A DNA stretch of 64,000 nucleotides from Solirubrobacteraceae bacterium (GCA_035473995.1 DATINR010000132.1:9737-73736), one strand, 5' to 3'; positions 36,202-45,421 are shown, counted from the first letter of the stretch. The notes: generated by a model not told the origin, from the sequence alone. Numbers and translations are program-made.

Positions 36202-37143
36202 TCAGGCAGTCCCGCCGGTCGGCGCGACGGACTCGATCTCGAGCAGCTCGCCGCCCGCGTGGTCGACCTGCAGTGTCGTGTGGTCGAGCGCGAAGCGCTC
36301 GTGCAGCATCGCCTCCATCGCGCGCCGTGCCTGGTGGCAGTTGCAGTCGGCGCCGACCAGCACGTGCGCCGAGAGCGCCGGGAAGCCGCTCGAGATTTCC
36401 CACACGTGCAGGTCGTGCACCTCGACCACGCCCGGTGCTGCCACCAGCGCACGGCCGATCGCCTGCGGGTCGAGGTCCTCCGGCGCCGCCTCCATGAAGA
36501 TCCGCGCCGAGGCCTTCACCAGCATCACGCCCGAGCGCGTCATCAGCGCCGCGATCAGCAGCGAGACGATCGGGTCCGCGCGCTGAAAGTGAGTCGCCAG
36601 GATCACGATCGCCGCCACCGCCGTGCCGATGAACGCCCACAGGTCCGTCAGCAGGTGCTGGAAGGAGCCCTCGATGTTGAGGCTTTCGCGGTTCGCCTTC
36701 GCCAGCGTCCACGTCGCCACCAGGTTGACGAGCACGCCAACGAGCGCCACGACCAGGATCAGCCAGCCGCGCACGACCGGCGGGTCGAACAGGCGGCGGA
36801 TGCCCTCGTATGCGATGAACGCCGCCAGGATCAACAGCGTCACGCCGTTGGCCTGCGCCGAGAGGATCTCCGCGCGCTTGAAGCCGAACGTCATCGCGCC
36901 CTTCGCCGGACGCGCCGCCAGCGTGATCGCGAACAGCGAGAAGCCGATCGCAGCTGCGTCCGTGAGCATGTGCCCCGCGTCCGAGAGCAGCGCCAGCGAG
37001 TGCGCGACCACGCCGACGGCCACCTCCGCCGCCATGAACGCCAGGATCAGCCCGAGCGCCAGCGCCAGGCGACCGCGGTCCGCGTCGGCGCGCACAGCGT
37101 GCGTGTGGCCTGCATGGGAGTGCCCCGCGTGCTCGTTCCTCAT
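36202..37143 (-). CDS. Cation diffusion facilitator, CzcD/ZitB-like (Zn/Co/Cd)
   Basis: His-rich N-terminus, LSDAGHMLTD, HLLTD, VHDLHVW, HTTLQ. Confidence 0.92.
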   Translation of the reverse strand: MRNEHAGHSHAGHTHAVRADADRGRLALALGLILAFMAAEVAVGVVAHSLALLSDAGHMLTDAAAIGFSLFAITLAARPAKGAMTFGFKRAEILSAQANGVTLLILAAFIAYEGIRRLFDPPVVRGWLILVVALVGVLVNLVATWTLAKANRESLNIEGSFQHLLTDLWAFIGTAVAAIVILATHFQRADPIVSLLIAALMTRSGVMLVKASARIFMEAAPEDLDPQAIGRALVAAPGVVEVHDLHVWEISSGFPALSAHVLVGADCNCHQARRAMEAMLHERFALDHTTLQVDHAGGELLEIESVAPTGGTA

Positions 37144-37165
37144 CGACCCAGATTAGGCTCTAGTC
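37144..37165. promoter_or_regulatory. Back-to-back overlapping -10 elements of two leaderless CDF genes
   Basis: Plus TAGGCT 37154-37159 then N6-ATG; minus TAATCT 37155-37150 then N6-ATG; shared TA. Confidence 0.65.
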
Positions 37166-38545
37166 ATGGCGTCCGCTGGCGAGAGGCACGAGACGCTCAC
37201 TCCACGGCGCACCACGCTCGTCTCGATCGCCGCCGCCTCGCTGCTCGTCGCGCTGAAGCTCGGCGTCGGTCTCGCCACCGGCAGCCTCGGCCTGATCTCG
37301 ACCGGGATCGAGTCCAGCGGCGACGTCGTCGCCGCCGTGCTGACCTTCTTCGCCGTGCGCCTCGGCGGGCGCCCCGCCGACCCCGAGCACCCCTACGGCC
37401 ACCGCCGCGCCGAGAACCTCGGGGCGCTCGGCGAGGCCGGCATCCTGCTCGCCGGCGGGCTGTTCGTCGCCACCGAAGCGATCGGCCACCTCGTGCGCGA
37501 CTCCGCGCCCCCGACGATCCACTGGTTCCAGTTCGCCGTGATCGCCGTCGCGCTGATCGTCGATCTCAGTCGCACGCTCGTCTCGCTGCGCGTCGCCCGG
37601 CGCTTCTCCAGCGCCGCGCTGCGCTCCAACGCCTTCCACTTCGCCGGCGACATGACCGCCTCCGTCGCCGTGCTCGTCGGCCTCGTGCTCGTCGACGCCG
37701 GCTTCGCCCAGGGCGACTCGATCGCCGCGCTGCTCGTCGCCGTGATCGTCTGCGCCGCGGCCGTGCGCCTGATCGGCGAGAACGCCAACGTGCTGATGGA
37801 CCGCACGCCCGTCGAGGCGCGCCAGGCCGCCGAGCGCGCGATCGCCGCGCTCGGCGCCGATATTGAGCTGAGCCGCCTGCGCCTGCGCGAGTCCGCCGGG
37901 CGCTACTTCGCCGACGTCGTCGTCACCGTGCCGCCCGGGCAGGCCGTCGTCGAGGGCCACCAGTCCGCCAACCTGATCGAGGCCGCCGTCGAGTCCGCGC
38001 TGCCCGGCTCCGACGTCGTCGTGCACGTCGAGCCGCGCCGCCGTGGCCTCGACCTGCGCGATCGGATCCTCGCGAGCGCCCTCGCCGAGCCGCTCGTGCG
38101 CGAGGCACACGACATCACCATCTTCGAGCAGCCCGGCGGCGTCAACGTCTCACTGCACCTCAAGTTCCCCGCCGAGCTGGAGCTGCGCGAGGCCGCCCAG
38201 ATCGCCGATCGCGTCGAGCGCGCCATCTGCGAGCGCCCCGAGGTCGCCGCCGTGCAAACCCATCTCGAGCCGCTCGAGCGCCCGCTCGCCGAGCGCCCCG
38301 CCGACGTCAGCGCCGACCTGCGCGCCACGCGCGAGATCGAACGGCTCGTGCGTGAGCGCACGGGGGAGGGGCCCGAGCGGATCAAGCTGCTCTCCACCGA
38401 CGCCGGGCGCGTCGTCTTTCTCACGCTCGAGGTCGATCCTGACGAGTCGCTGACCGCCGCGCATCGGCTTGCCTCCGAGCTGGAGGAGGCGCTGCGCCAG
38501 CGGGTGCCCGACATCGCCGATGTCGTGATTCGGACCGAGCCCTGA
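37166..38545 (+). CDS. Cation diffusion facilitator, FieF-like, with three C-terminal dimerisation-type domains
   Basis: ESSGD and HFAGD metal motifs, PAD..HPYGH.R.E; three repeats ending HVEP/HLEP/RTEP. Confidence 0.85.
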   Translation: MASAGERHETLTPRRTTLVSIAAASLLVALKLGVGLATGSLGLISTGIESSGDVVAAVLTFFAVRLGGRPADPEHPYGHRRAENLGALGEAGILLAGGLFVATEAIGHLVRDSAPPTIHWFQFAVIAVALIVDLSRTLVSLRVARRFSSAALRSNAFHFAGDMTASVAVLVGLVLVDAGFAQGDSIAALLVAVIVCAAAVRLIGENANVLMDRTPVEARQAAERAIAALGADIELSRLRLRESAGRYFADVVVTVPPGQAVVEGHQSANLIEAAVESALPGSDVVVHVEPRRRGLDLRDRILASALAEPLVREAHDITIFEQPGGVNVSLHLKFPAELELREAAQIADRVERAICERPEVAAVQTHLEPLERPLAERPADVSADLRATREIERLVRERTGEGPERIKLLSTDAGRVVFLTLEVDPDESLTAAHRLASELEEALRQRVPDIADVVIRTEP

Positions 38546-38554
38546 GCCACGCCG

Positions 38555-38581
38555 GGGAAGCTTCCGGCGCACGCGGCGTCT
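38555..38581 (+). promoter_or_regulatory. ECF-sigma-like promoter copy 2
   Basis: GGGAAGCTTCCGGCGCACGCGGCGTCT. Confidence 0.65.
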
Positions 38582-38622
38582 AGAGGTGCAGAGGACCCAG
38601 ACGACCGAAAGGTAGCCCCCCG

Positions 38623-39243
38623 ATGCCCAAGTCAGCGCGAGCAGCACAAGCCGGATCCCGCAATCCCAACCGCCACAGGCGTATGTGGCTCGTCCTCGGC
38701 GCAGTCGCGGCCGCGGCGCTCGCCACGGTCGTTGCCACGGCGCTCGCCGCCGGCTCCTCGCTGACGCTCAGCTCGAACTCGAGCTCGATGCTCGGCAAGC
38801 CGGTCGTCGTAAACCCGCAAGGCCGCACGCTCTACCACCTGAGCCCCGAGACGAGTAGGCACTTGCTGTGCAAGAGCAAGGAATGCCTGACCAACTGGCC
38901 CCCGCTGACGGTCAAGTCGGCGAAGACGAAGCTGAAGGCCGGCTCTGGCGTCAAAGGCAAGCTAGCCCTGCTGCACCGTAGTAACGGGACGCTCCAGGTC
39001 ACGCTGAACGGCCTGCCGCTGTATCGCTACGCCGGCGACAGCGCCAAGAACGACGTCAACGGCGAGGGGATCGAAAGCTTCGGCGGGATCTGGCACGCCG
39101 TGAAGGCTTCGAGCAGCTCCGGCACGACACCAACGACACCAACGACGCCAACGACGCCAACGACGACGACCGGTACGACGACCACGCCGACGACGACGAC
39201 ACCGACCACCACGACCCCGGAACCGCCGCCCTACAAATACTGA
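38623..39243 (+). CDS. Secreted COG4315-type protein with Thr/Pro tail
   Basis: GRTLYHL..C..KECLTNWPPL, QVTLNGLPLYRYAGD, GIWH. Confidence 0.8.
   Translation: MPKSARAAQAGSRNPNRHRRMWLVLGAVAAAALATVVATALAAGSSLTLSSNSSSMLGKPVVVNPQGRTLYHLSPETSRHLLCKSKECLTNWPPLTVKSAKTKLKAGSGVKGKLALLHRSNGTLQVTLNGLPLYRYAGDSAKNDVNGEGIESFGGIWHAVKASSSSGTTPTTPTTPTTPTTTTGTTTTPTTTTPTTTTPEPPPYKY
39124..39159 (+). repeat. 9-bp tandem repeat ACGAC(A/G)CCA x4 (TTP repeats)
   Basis: Read directly in the Thr/Pro tail. Confidence 0.8.
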
Positions 39244-39256
39244 TTGGACTCGGCCG

Positions 39257-40510
39257 CTACTCGCGTTCGAGCTCGGCCATCTGCGCGGGCACGATCGCGA
39301 GGAAGCCCGTGCAGAGGAAGCCGAGCAGGGCGAGCACGCCGATCGCGTGCGCCCAGCCGGCTTCGGCGACGGTGAGCGTGCCGAAGCCGACCAGCAGGCA
39401 GGCGCCGGCAGCGCGCGTGAGCAGCCCCGAGGAGGAGACGGCGAGCAGTTGCGTCAGCCCGCCGCCGTCGGAAGCAGCCAGCGCCGGGGCGCCGCCTGCG
39501 TCCTCGCCGTAGTCCAGGCGCCCGCGCAGCACGAGGCGGAACAGCAGCGCGAGCGAGGGGAAAAGGATCAGCCCGCCGCCGAGCACGGCGACGATCACGA
39601 GCACGAGCGTGTCGTGTGGGGCGGCGGCCTGCTGCACGGTCAGCCCTTGCAGCAGCACCGGCCGCTGCGCGAGCGCCCAGCCGGCGATCACGGCGGCGAC
39701 GGCCAGCGCGGCGCTGTAGCGGGCGAGCTCGAAGCGGCGCACGAACACGAGCGCGAGCGTGACAAGGCCGGCCAGCGCGGAGACGATCACGGCCGCGAGC
39801 GCGCTGCCTTCGAGCAGGCGCGTGTAGAGGAAGTGCGCGTCTGAATGCAGCACCACGAGCCCCGCGACGGCGACGAGTCCGGCCACGGCGCCCGCCACGA
39901 GCGCCCGCACGCGCAGCGCCTCCTGCAGCTCGCGCGGGCGCCCGGTGCGCTTGGCGTCCGCGGCGAGGAAGACGGCCGCGACGTAAGCGCTGTTGGCGAC
40001 GGCAAGCGACCCCACGAGCAGCGCCGTGGCGCCGGTCCAGCTGGAGAGCAGGTCGCCGGCGGCGTTGCCGACGGGCACCTGCCGCGCGGCGATCGCGCCG
40101 ATCACGGTGCCCAGCGCGAATGGCGTGAGCACCGAGGAGAGCGCGAACACGAGGTCGACGCGGTCCTGCTCGCGCACGCTCGAAGTGCCGGCGCGCAGCG
40201 CGTAGGCGGCGCCGCGCATGACGATCCCCAGCGCGGCGATGAACAGCGGCACGCACAGCGTCGAGGCGATCGCGCCGAACGCGCTCGGGTAGGCCGTCCA
40301 GGTGACGGTCAGCACGAAGATCAGCCACACGTGGTTGGCCTCCCACACGGGCGCCATCGCCTCGTGCGCGTGGTCGCGGATCGGCGCGCCGCGCTCGCCG
40401 GGGCCTGCCAGGAGCTGCCAGAAGCCGGCGCCGAAATCGGCCCCGGCGAGCACCGCGTAGAGCGCGAGGCCGACGAGCACGAAGATCAGCGGGATCTCGT
40501 ACAGGTGCAT
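39257..40510 (-). CDS. cydB: Cytochrome bd ubiquinol oxidase subunit II with C-terminal extension
   Basis: LAGADFGAG, PVWEANHVWLIF; directly downstream of cydA. Confidence 0.92.
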   Translation of the reverse strand: MHLYEIPLIFVLVGLALYAVLAGADFGAGFWQLLAGPGERGAPIRDHAHEAMAPVWEANHVWLIFVLTVTWTAYPSAFGAIASTLCVPLFIAALGIVMRGAAYALRAGTSSVREQDRVDLVFALSSVLTPFALGTVIGAIAARQVPVGNAAGDLLSSWTGATALLVGSLAVANSAYVAAVFLAADAKRTGRPRELQEALRVRALVAGAVAGLVAVAGLVVLHSDAHFLYTRLLEGSALAAVIVSALAGLVTLALVFVRRFELARYSAALAVAAVIAGWALAQRPVLLQGLTVQQAAAPHDTLVLVIVAVLGGGLILFPSLALLFRLVLRGRLDYGEDAGGAPALAASDGGGLTQLLAVSSSGLLTRAAGACLLVGFGTLTVAEAGWAHAIGVLALLGFLCTGFLAIVPAQMAELERE

Positions 40511-40511
40511 C

Positions 40512-41837
40512 TCAGCCGGCCGCCTTCAGCGGCGCGCGTGCCAACCGGCGCAGGATCCACACGACGCCGCAGGCGACGCCGAGGTAGACGAGCGCGAGTG
40601 CGGTGTAGCCGACGACGATCCCGCCGGCGCCGGTGACGGCTTCGGAGGTGAGCATCACGTGGTAGACGACCCACGGCTGGCGCCCGACCTCGGTCGTCAC
40701 CCAGCCCGCGATCAGCGCGACCAGCGAGGCCGGCCCGGCGAGCGCGACGGCGCGGTAGAACCACGGCGACTCGGGCAATCGCTTGCGTCTGATGCGCACG
40801 CCGAGCAACCACACGCCGAGCAGCGCGAGCAGCGTGCCGATCCCGACCATCGCCTGGAAGGCGAAGCGCACGACGTTGATCGGCGGCTGGCGGTCCTTGG
40901 GCACCGTGTCGAGACCCTGGACGGTCGCTTCGGGGTTGTGGAAAGCGAGCAAGGACAGCAGTTTGGGGATGGCGATCCCGTATTTGATCTTTTCGTCTTC
41001 GTACCAGCCGAGGATGTGCTCGGAGGCGCCCTTGGTCGTGTGCGCGAGACCCTCCAAGGCGGCGAGCTTGACGGGCTGCTGCACGGCGACGTCGCGCGCG
41101 GCCCAGTCGCCGACGAGCACCTGCACGGGCGAGGCCAGGGCGGCGATCGTCAGCGGGATCGCGAGCGCGGTGCGCTCGTAGCGGGTGGGCGGGCGTCCCT
41201 TACCGCGCAGCCTGCCGATCGCATAGGCGCCGGCGACGAGGAAGCCGGTGACGATGTAGCCGGCGATGTACATGTGCGTGAGCTCGGGCCAGAGGAAGCC
41301 GTTGGCGAACAGGGCCTTCAGCGGGTGCACGTCGACGGCGTGCCCGCCGACCATGCGAAAGCCGCCGGGATGGTTCATCCAGGCGTTGACGGCGATCACC
41401 ATCAGCGAGCCGGTCATGCCGGCGATCACGATCGGGATCCCGCTCCGGAAATGCGCGCGCGGCGAGAGTCGGTTCCAGCCGTAGATGTAGATGCCGATGA
41501 AGATGGCCTCCATGAAGAAGGAGAAGCCCTCGATCGCGAAGCCGAGCCCGAACACGCTGCCGAAGGTGGCCGTGAAGTTCGGCCACAAGAGCCCCATCTC
41601 GAAGCTGAGGATCGTGCCGGTGATCACGCCGACGGCGAACAGCGCCGCCATGATCCGCGTCCAGCGGCGCGCGAGCGTGCGGTAGAGCTCGTCGCCGGAG
41701 CGCAGGTACAGCCACTCGCAGAACAGCACCATCGCGGGGAAGGCGATGCCGAAGCAGACGAGCGGGATGTGCACGGCGAACGACAGAGCCTGCATCTGTC
41801 GCGCCTCCGGCAGGTAGGCCTGGTGCGCCGCGCCCAT
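40512..41837 (-). CDS. cydA: Cytochrome bd ubiquinol oxidase subunit I (short Q-loop)
   Basis: VHIPL, GTILSFEMG, EGFSFFME, QPVKLAALEG, FQAMVG, GWVTTEVGRQPW. Confidence 0.95.
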   Translation of the reverse strand: MGAAHQAYLPEARQMQALSFAVHIPLVCFGIAFPAMVLFCEWLYLRSGDELYRTLARRWTRIMAALFAVGVITGTILSFEMGLLWPNFTATFGSVFGLGFAIEGFSFFMEAIFIGIYIYGWNRLSPRAHFRSGIPIVIAGMTGSLMVIAVNAWMNHPGGFRMVGGHAVDVHPLKALFANGFLWPELTHMYIAGYIVTGFLVAGAYAIGRLRGKGRPPTRYERTALAIPLTIAALASPVQVLVGDWAARDVAVQQPVKLAALEGLAHTTKGASEHILGWYEDEKIKYGIAIPKLLSLLAFHNPEATVQGLDTVPKDRQPPINVVRFAFQAMVGIGTLLALLGVWLLGVRIRRKRLPESPWFYRAVALAGPASLVALIAGWVTTEVGRQPWVVYHVMLTSEAVTGAGGIVVGYTALALVYLGVACGVVWILRRLARAPLKAAG

Positions 41838-41987
41838 CGCACCTGTTGGTATACCGGCGCGGGCGGTCGGCCGTCGGTTGCCTTCGAGCACCCGGCCACC
41901 GCGTCGCGCGTGCGGCCGAGGCGTATGCTGCGCAGCGGTGAAGGCGCCCGGACGTTCGTGCGGCCGAAGGGGGCGGTGCAGCGGAGC

Positions 41988-42014
41988 GGGAAGGATCCAC
42001 GCCGGGCGGTGTCC
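41988..42014 (+). promoter_or_regulatory. ECF-sigma-like promoter copy 3
   Basis: GGGAAGGATCCACGCCGGGCGGTGTCC. Confidence 0.55.
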
Positions 42015-42048
42015 TATGTTGCGAAGACCCCGACCAATGGAGGATCTG

Positions 42049-42513
42049 ATGCGTAGCAAGGCCCTGTTCTCGATGGCGGCGCTCGCCGCGGCGCTGCTGG
42101 CGCTCGCCGGCTGCGGCAGCTCGTCATCCAGCTCCTCCTCGTCCTCGGCGAGCACGCCGGCCGAAGCGCCGACGACGAGCTCGGCGAGCACCTCGACACC
42201 CGCGCCCGCGAGCGAATCGGGCGGCTCGGAAAAGGTCAGCCTGGAAGCCAATCCGGAAGGCCAGCTCGAATACAACACGAAGTCACTGAGTGCAAAGGCC
42301 GGCAAGGTCTCGGTCGACTTCACCAACTCCTCCTCGCTGCCGCACAACGTGACGATCGAATCCTCGGGCGGCGAACAGGTCGGCGCGACACCGACGTTCT
42401 CGGGCGGCTCGAAGAGCGTGTCGGTGAACCTCAAGCCGGGCACGTACAAGTTCTTCTGCTCCGTCCCCGGCCATCGCCAGGCGGGCATGGAAGGGACGCT
42501 GACGGTCAAGTAG
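42049..42513 (+). CDS. Blue-copper (plastocyanin/azurin-like) lipoprotein
   Basis: Lipobox LALAGC, PHNV and FFCSVPGHRQAGM type-1 Cu ligands; GGAGG RBS. Confidence 0.92.
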   Translation: MRSKALFSMAALAAALLALAGCGSSSSSSSSSSASTPAEAPTTSSASTSTPAPASESGGSEKVSLEANPEGQLEYNTKSLSAKAGKVSVDFTNSSSLPHNVTIESSGGEQVGATPTFSGGSKSVSVNLKPGTYKFFCSVPGHRQAGMEGTLTVK

Positions 42514-42554
42514 CGCTGAGCAACGGGCCGAGCGGCCCGGCACGACCGCCGCGC

Positions 42555-43283
42555 TCAGCTCCGGGTCCAGGCCGCATCGGACCCGGAGAGCGCGCCGGCG
42601 ATGAATGCGATCGCCGCGGCGAGCGCCATCGCGACGGCGACGGCAGCGACGACGGACACTTTCAGCACGAGCAGCGCGCCGCACAGCGCGCCGAGCAGCA
42701 TTGCCGCGACGGCGACGCTGCGCCGCCCGAGCTGCGAGCCGGGGCCGCCGACGATCCCCGCCTGCGAGGCCAGGCCGGTGAGCGTGCGCGTCAGCACCGT
42801 CGTCGTCAGCTCCGGCACGGCGAGCCGCAGCGCGGCGGCGTTCTGCACGCCCATCGCGAGCGCCAGCAACAGGATCAAGCCGTAGCGCGAGCCCTCTGCG
42901 AGCGGTTCGCTGACGGCCACGGAGAGCACGAGCGCGGCGAGGATCAGCGCCGCCTGCACGACGCAGGCCACGCGCAGCAGGCGGCCGCGATGCTCGGGAT
43001 GGCGCGCGACCAGCCAGCCGCCGGCGAGCGCGCCGAGCAGGAACGAGCCGAGCGCGACGAGTGAGGCGGTGACCGACAAGCTCCCGGCGCCGGCCAGCGC
43101 GAAGCCGAGGAAGACGACGTTGCCGGTCATGTTCGCGACGAACACGTGCCCGAGCTCGAGATAGCTGACGGCATCGACCACGCCGGTGAGCACGGTCAGC
43201 GCGACCAGCATCGGCACGAGCGGGCCGTGGCGCTCGTCGGCGCCGGGGCGCAGCGTCAGAGCGATGTCGCGCAGCACGCTCAC
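42555..43283 (-). CDS. YoaK/DUF1275-family membrane protein
   Basis: GVVDAVSY...FVANMTGNVV, AMGVQNA, TTVLTRTLT. Confidence 0.88.
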   Translation of the reverse strand: MSVLRDIALTLRPGADERHGPLVPMLVALTVLTGVVDAVSYLELGHVFVANMTGNVVFLGFALAGAGSLSVTASLVALGSFLLGALAGGWLVARHPEHRGRLLRVACVVQAALILAALVLSVAVSEPLAEGSRYGLILLLALAMGVQNAAALRLAVPELTTTVLTRTLTGLASQAGIVGGPGSQLGRRSVAVAAMLLGALCGALLVLKVSVVAAVAVAMALAAAIAFIAGALSGSDAAWTRS

Positions 43284-43327
43284 GCCCCGAAGTGTCGCCG
43301 CGGACGCGGACGTGCTTGGCTGGCCGG

Positions 43328-44083
43328 GTGAGCGCAGGGGAGATCATCGCGATCGCATTCGCCGGGATGGCGGCCGGGACGATCAACACGGTCGTGGGCA
43401 GCGGCACGCTGATCACGTTTCCCGTGCTGCTCGCGTTCGGCTACGCGCCGGTCACGGCGAACGTCTCGAACACGATCGGGCTCGTGCCGGGCTCGGTCTC
43501 GGGCGCGATCGGCTACCGCCGCGAGCTGGCCGGGCAGCGGGGGAGGGCGCTGCGCTTCGGCACGGCCTCGCTACTCGGCGGGGTCACGGGCGCGGTGCTG
43601 CTGCTCGTGCTGCCCGCCTCGACGTTCAAGGACATCGTGCCGGCCTTCATCGTGCTCGCGCTCGTGCTGACGCTCGCCCAGCCGACGCTCAACCGCCGCC
43701 TGGCCGGGCACGTGGCGAGCGGCGCGCGGCGCGTCAAGCTGCTGCTGCCTGTCGCGATCTACGCGACCGGCGTGTACGGCGGCTACTTCGGCGCCGGGCA
43801 AGGGATCCTGCTGCTCGCGATCCTCGGCGCCACGCTGCCGCAGAGCCTGCACGACTCAAACGCGCTGAAGAACGTGCTGGCGGGGCTCGTCAACGGCGTC
43901 GCCGGCGTCTACTTCATGTTCGCCGCGCACGTCGAGTGGGGACCGGCGGGCATCATCGCCGTCTCCTCGATCGTCGGCGCGCAGCTCGGCGCGCGTTACG
44001 GCCGGCGCCTGCCGCCCGACGCGCTGCGCGCGCTGATCGTCGTCGTGGGGATTGCGGCGATCGTGCGACTGCTCACGGAATGA
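43328..44083 (+). CDS. Sulfite exporter TauE/SafE family
   Basis: AGTINTVVGSGTLITFP, GVYGGYFGAGQG, NALKN. Confidence 0.88.
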   Translation: MSAGEIIAIAFAGMAAGTINTVVGSGTLITFPVLLAFGYAPVTANVSNTIGLVPGSVSGAIGYRRELAGQRGRALRFGTASLLGGVTGAVLLLVLPASTFKDIVPAFIVLALVLTLAQPTLNRRLAGHVASGARRVKLLLPVAIYATGVYGGYFGAGQGILLLAILGATLPQSLHDSNALKNVLAGLVNGVAGVYFMFAAHVEWGPAGIIAVSSIVGAQLGARYGRRLPPDALRALIVVVGIAAIVRLLTE

Positions 44084-44714
44084 GCTCGCCGAGCCACTGC
44101 CGAGCGCCGGGAAGCACGGCCGGCGGAATCGCGTGACCGCCGTGGAACTCCTCGTAGTCCACGTCGAGGCCGCCGGCGCTCAGAGCCTCGCGTGCGGCAC
44201 GGCCGAAGGCGATCTCGATCACGGGGTCCTCGGTGCCGTGACGCACGAGGGCGCGCAGCGAGCGGCGGTCTTCGAAGTGCGCCTGCCAGCCCTCGACGCT
44301 CGGGATGAAGCCCGAGAAGGCGAGGATCCCAGCCGGCGCCGGGCGGTCCCCGCCGAGCGCCAGCGCGTAGCTCATCACGCAGCCCATCGAGAAGCCGCCG
44401 AGCACGGTCCGCTCGGGACCGATCCCGGTCCGCTGCCACAGCTCGTCGTGGAAGTCGCCGAGCAGGGCGTAGGAGGCGGCGAACGTCTCAGGATCGGGGT
44501 AGCCGACGCGCGGGACCACATACCAGTGGTGACCTGCCCACCCCGGCAGCGTCAGCGGCGCGCGCGGCGTGACGACGTGCAGGCGACGTTGCGGGTCGAG
44601 CGCGTCGGCGAGCGGCAGCAGGTCGTGCTCGTCGGTGCCGCGGCCGTGGTGCAGCACGAGCAGGCCGCCGGCCTCGCCCGCCGCTGGGCGCTCGCGGAAT
44701 ACTGGTGCGCTCAC
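44073..44714 (-). CDS. Phospholipase/carboxylesterase
   Basis: LHHGRG, GGFSMG, HGTEDPV, GGH; TAGGCT-N7-GTG. Confidence 0.9.
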   Translation of the reverse strand: MSAPVFRERPAAGEAGGLLVLHHGRGTDEHDLLPLADALDPQRRLHVVTPRAPLTLPGWAGHHWYVVPRVGYPDPETFAASYALLGDFHDELWQRTGIGPERTVLGGFSMGCVMSYALALGGDRPAPAGILAFSGFIPSVEGWQAHFEDRRSLRALVRHGTEDPVIEIAFGRAAREALSAGGLDVDYEEFHGGHAIPPAVLPGARQWLGELIP

Positions 44715-44758
44715 GCCCCGAAGCCTATTGCGCTGCGGCGCCCGGAAAGGAACGGTCG

Positions 44759-45421
44759 TTGAGCAAGCCGCGGCTGGTCATCTTCGACTGCGACGGAACG
44801 CTGGTCGACAGCGAGGAGATCTCGACCGAGGTGCTCGCGGACTCGCTTAGCGAGCACGGGCTGGCAACGACGACCGCAGAGGCACGGCGGGAGTACCAGG
44901 GACTCCTGCTCACCGAGATCGACGCGCGAGCGCAGGCCAAGCTCGGTCGCCCCCTGCCCGACGGTTGGCTCGAGCGCTTCGAGCACGACCGCGCCGAGCG
45001 CTTTCGCCGCGAGCTGCGACCGGTCGCCGGCGCGGAAGAGACGGTGCGCGAGATCAAGGCCGCCGGGATCGCCGTCTGCGTCGCCTCGCAGGGCAAGCTC
45101 GAGAAGACACGGCTGACACTCGAGCTGACGGGGCTGCGCGCGCTGTTCGCCGAGCAGCAGCTGTTCTCGGCCTGGTCGGTCGAGCGTGGCAAGCCACACC
45201 CGGACTTGTTCCTGCACGCCGCGGGCGCGATGGGCGTCGAGCCGCGCGACTGCGTAGTCGTCGAGGACTCGGCGTCGGGAATCGATGCGGCCCGGGCGGC
45301 GGGAATGCACGCCGTCGGCTTCGCGCCGCGGGACGGCGGCGAGCTGCTGCAGGCCGGAGCTGACGAGTTGGTCAGCTCGCTGTACGAGTTGCCGGCGCGG
45401 CTCGGGCTCGCAGCCACCTAA
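44759..45421 (+). CDS. HAD-IA family hydrolase
   Basis: IFDCDGTLVDSE, GKPHPDLF, VVEDS. Confidence 0.9.
   Translation: MSKPRLVIFDCDGTLVDSEEISTEVLADSLSEHGLATTTAEARREYQGLLLTEIDARAQAKLGRPLPDGWLERFEHDRAERFRRELRPVAGAEETVREIKAAGIAVCVASQGKLEKTRLTLELTGLRALFAEQQLFSAWSVERGKPHPDLFLHAAGAMGVEPRDCVVVEDSASGIDAARAAGMHAVGFAPRDGGELLQAGADELVSSLYELPARLGLAAT

Noticed and set aside
41838-42509. 224-aa N-terminal extension of cydA in the ORF track
   Set aside because: Antisense to the cupredoxin gene and its promoter; CydA homology begins near 41837
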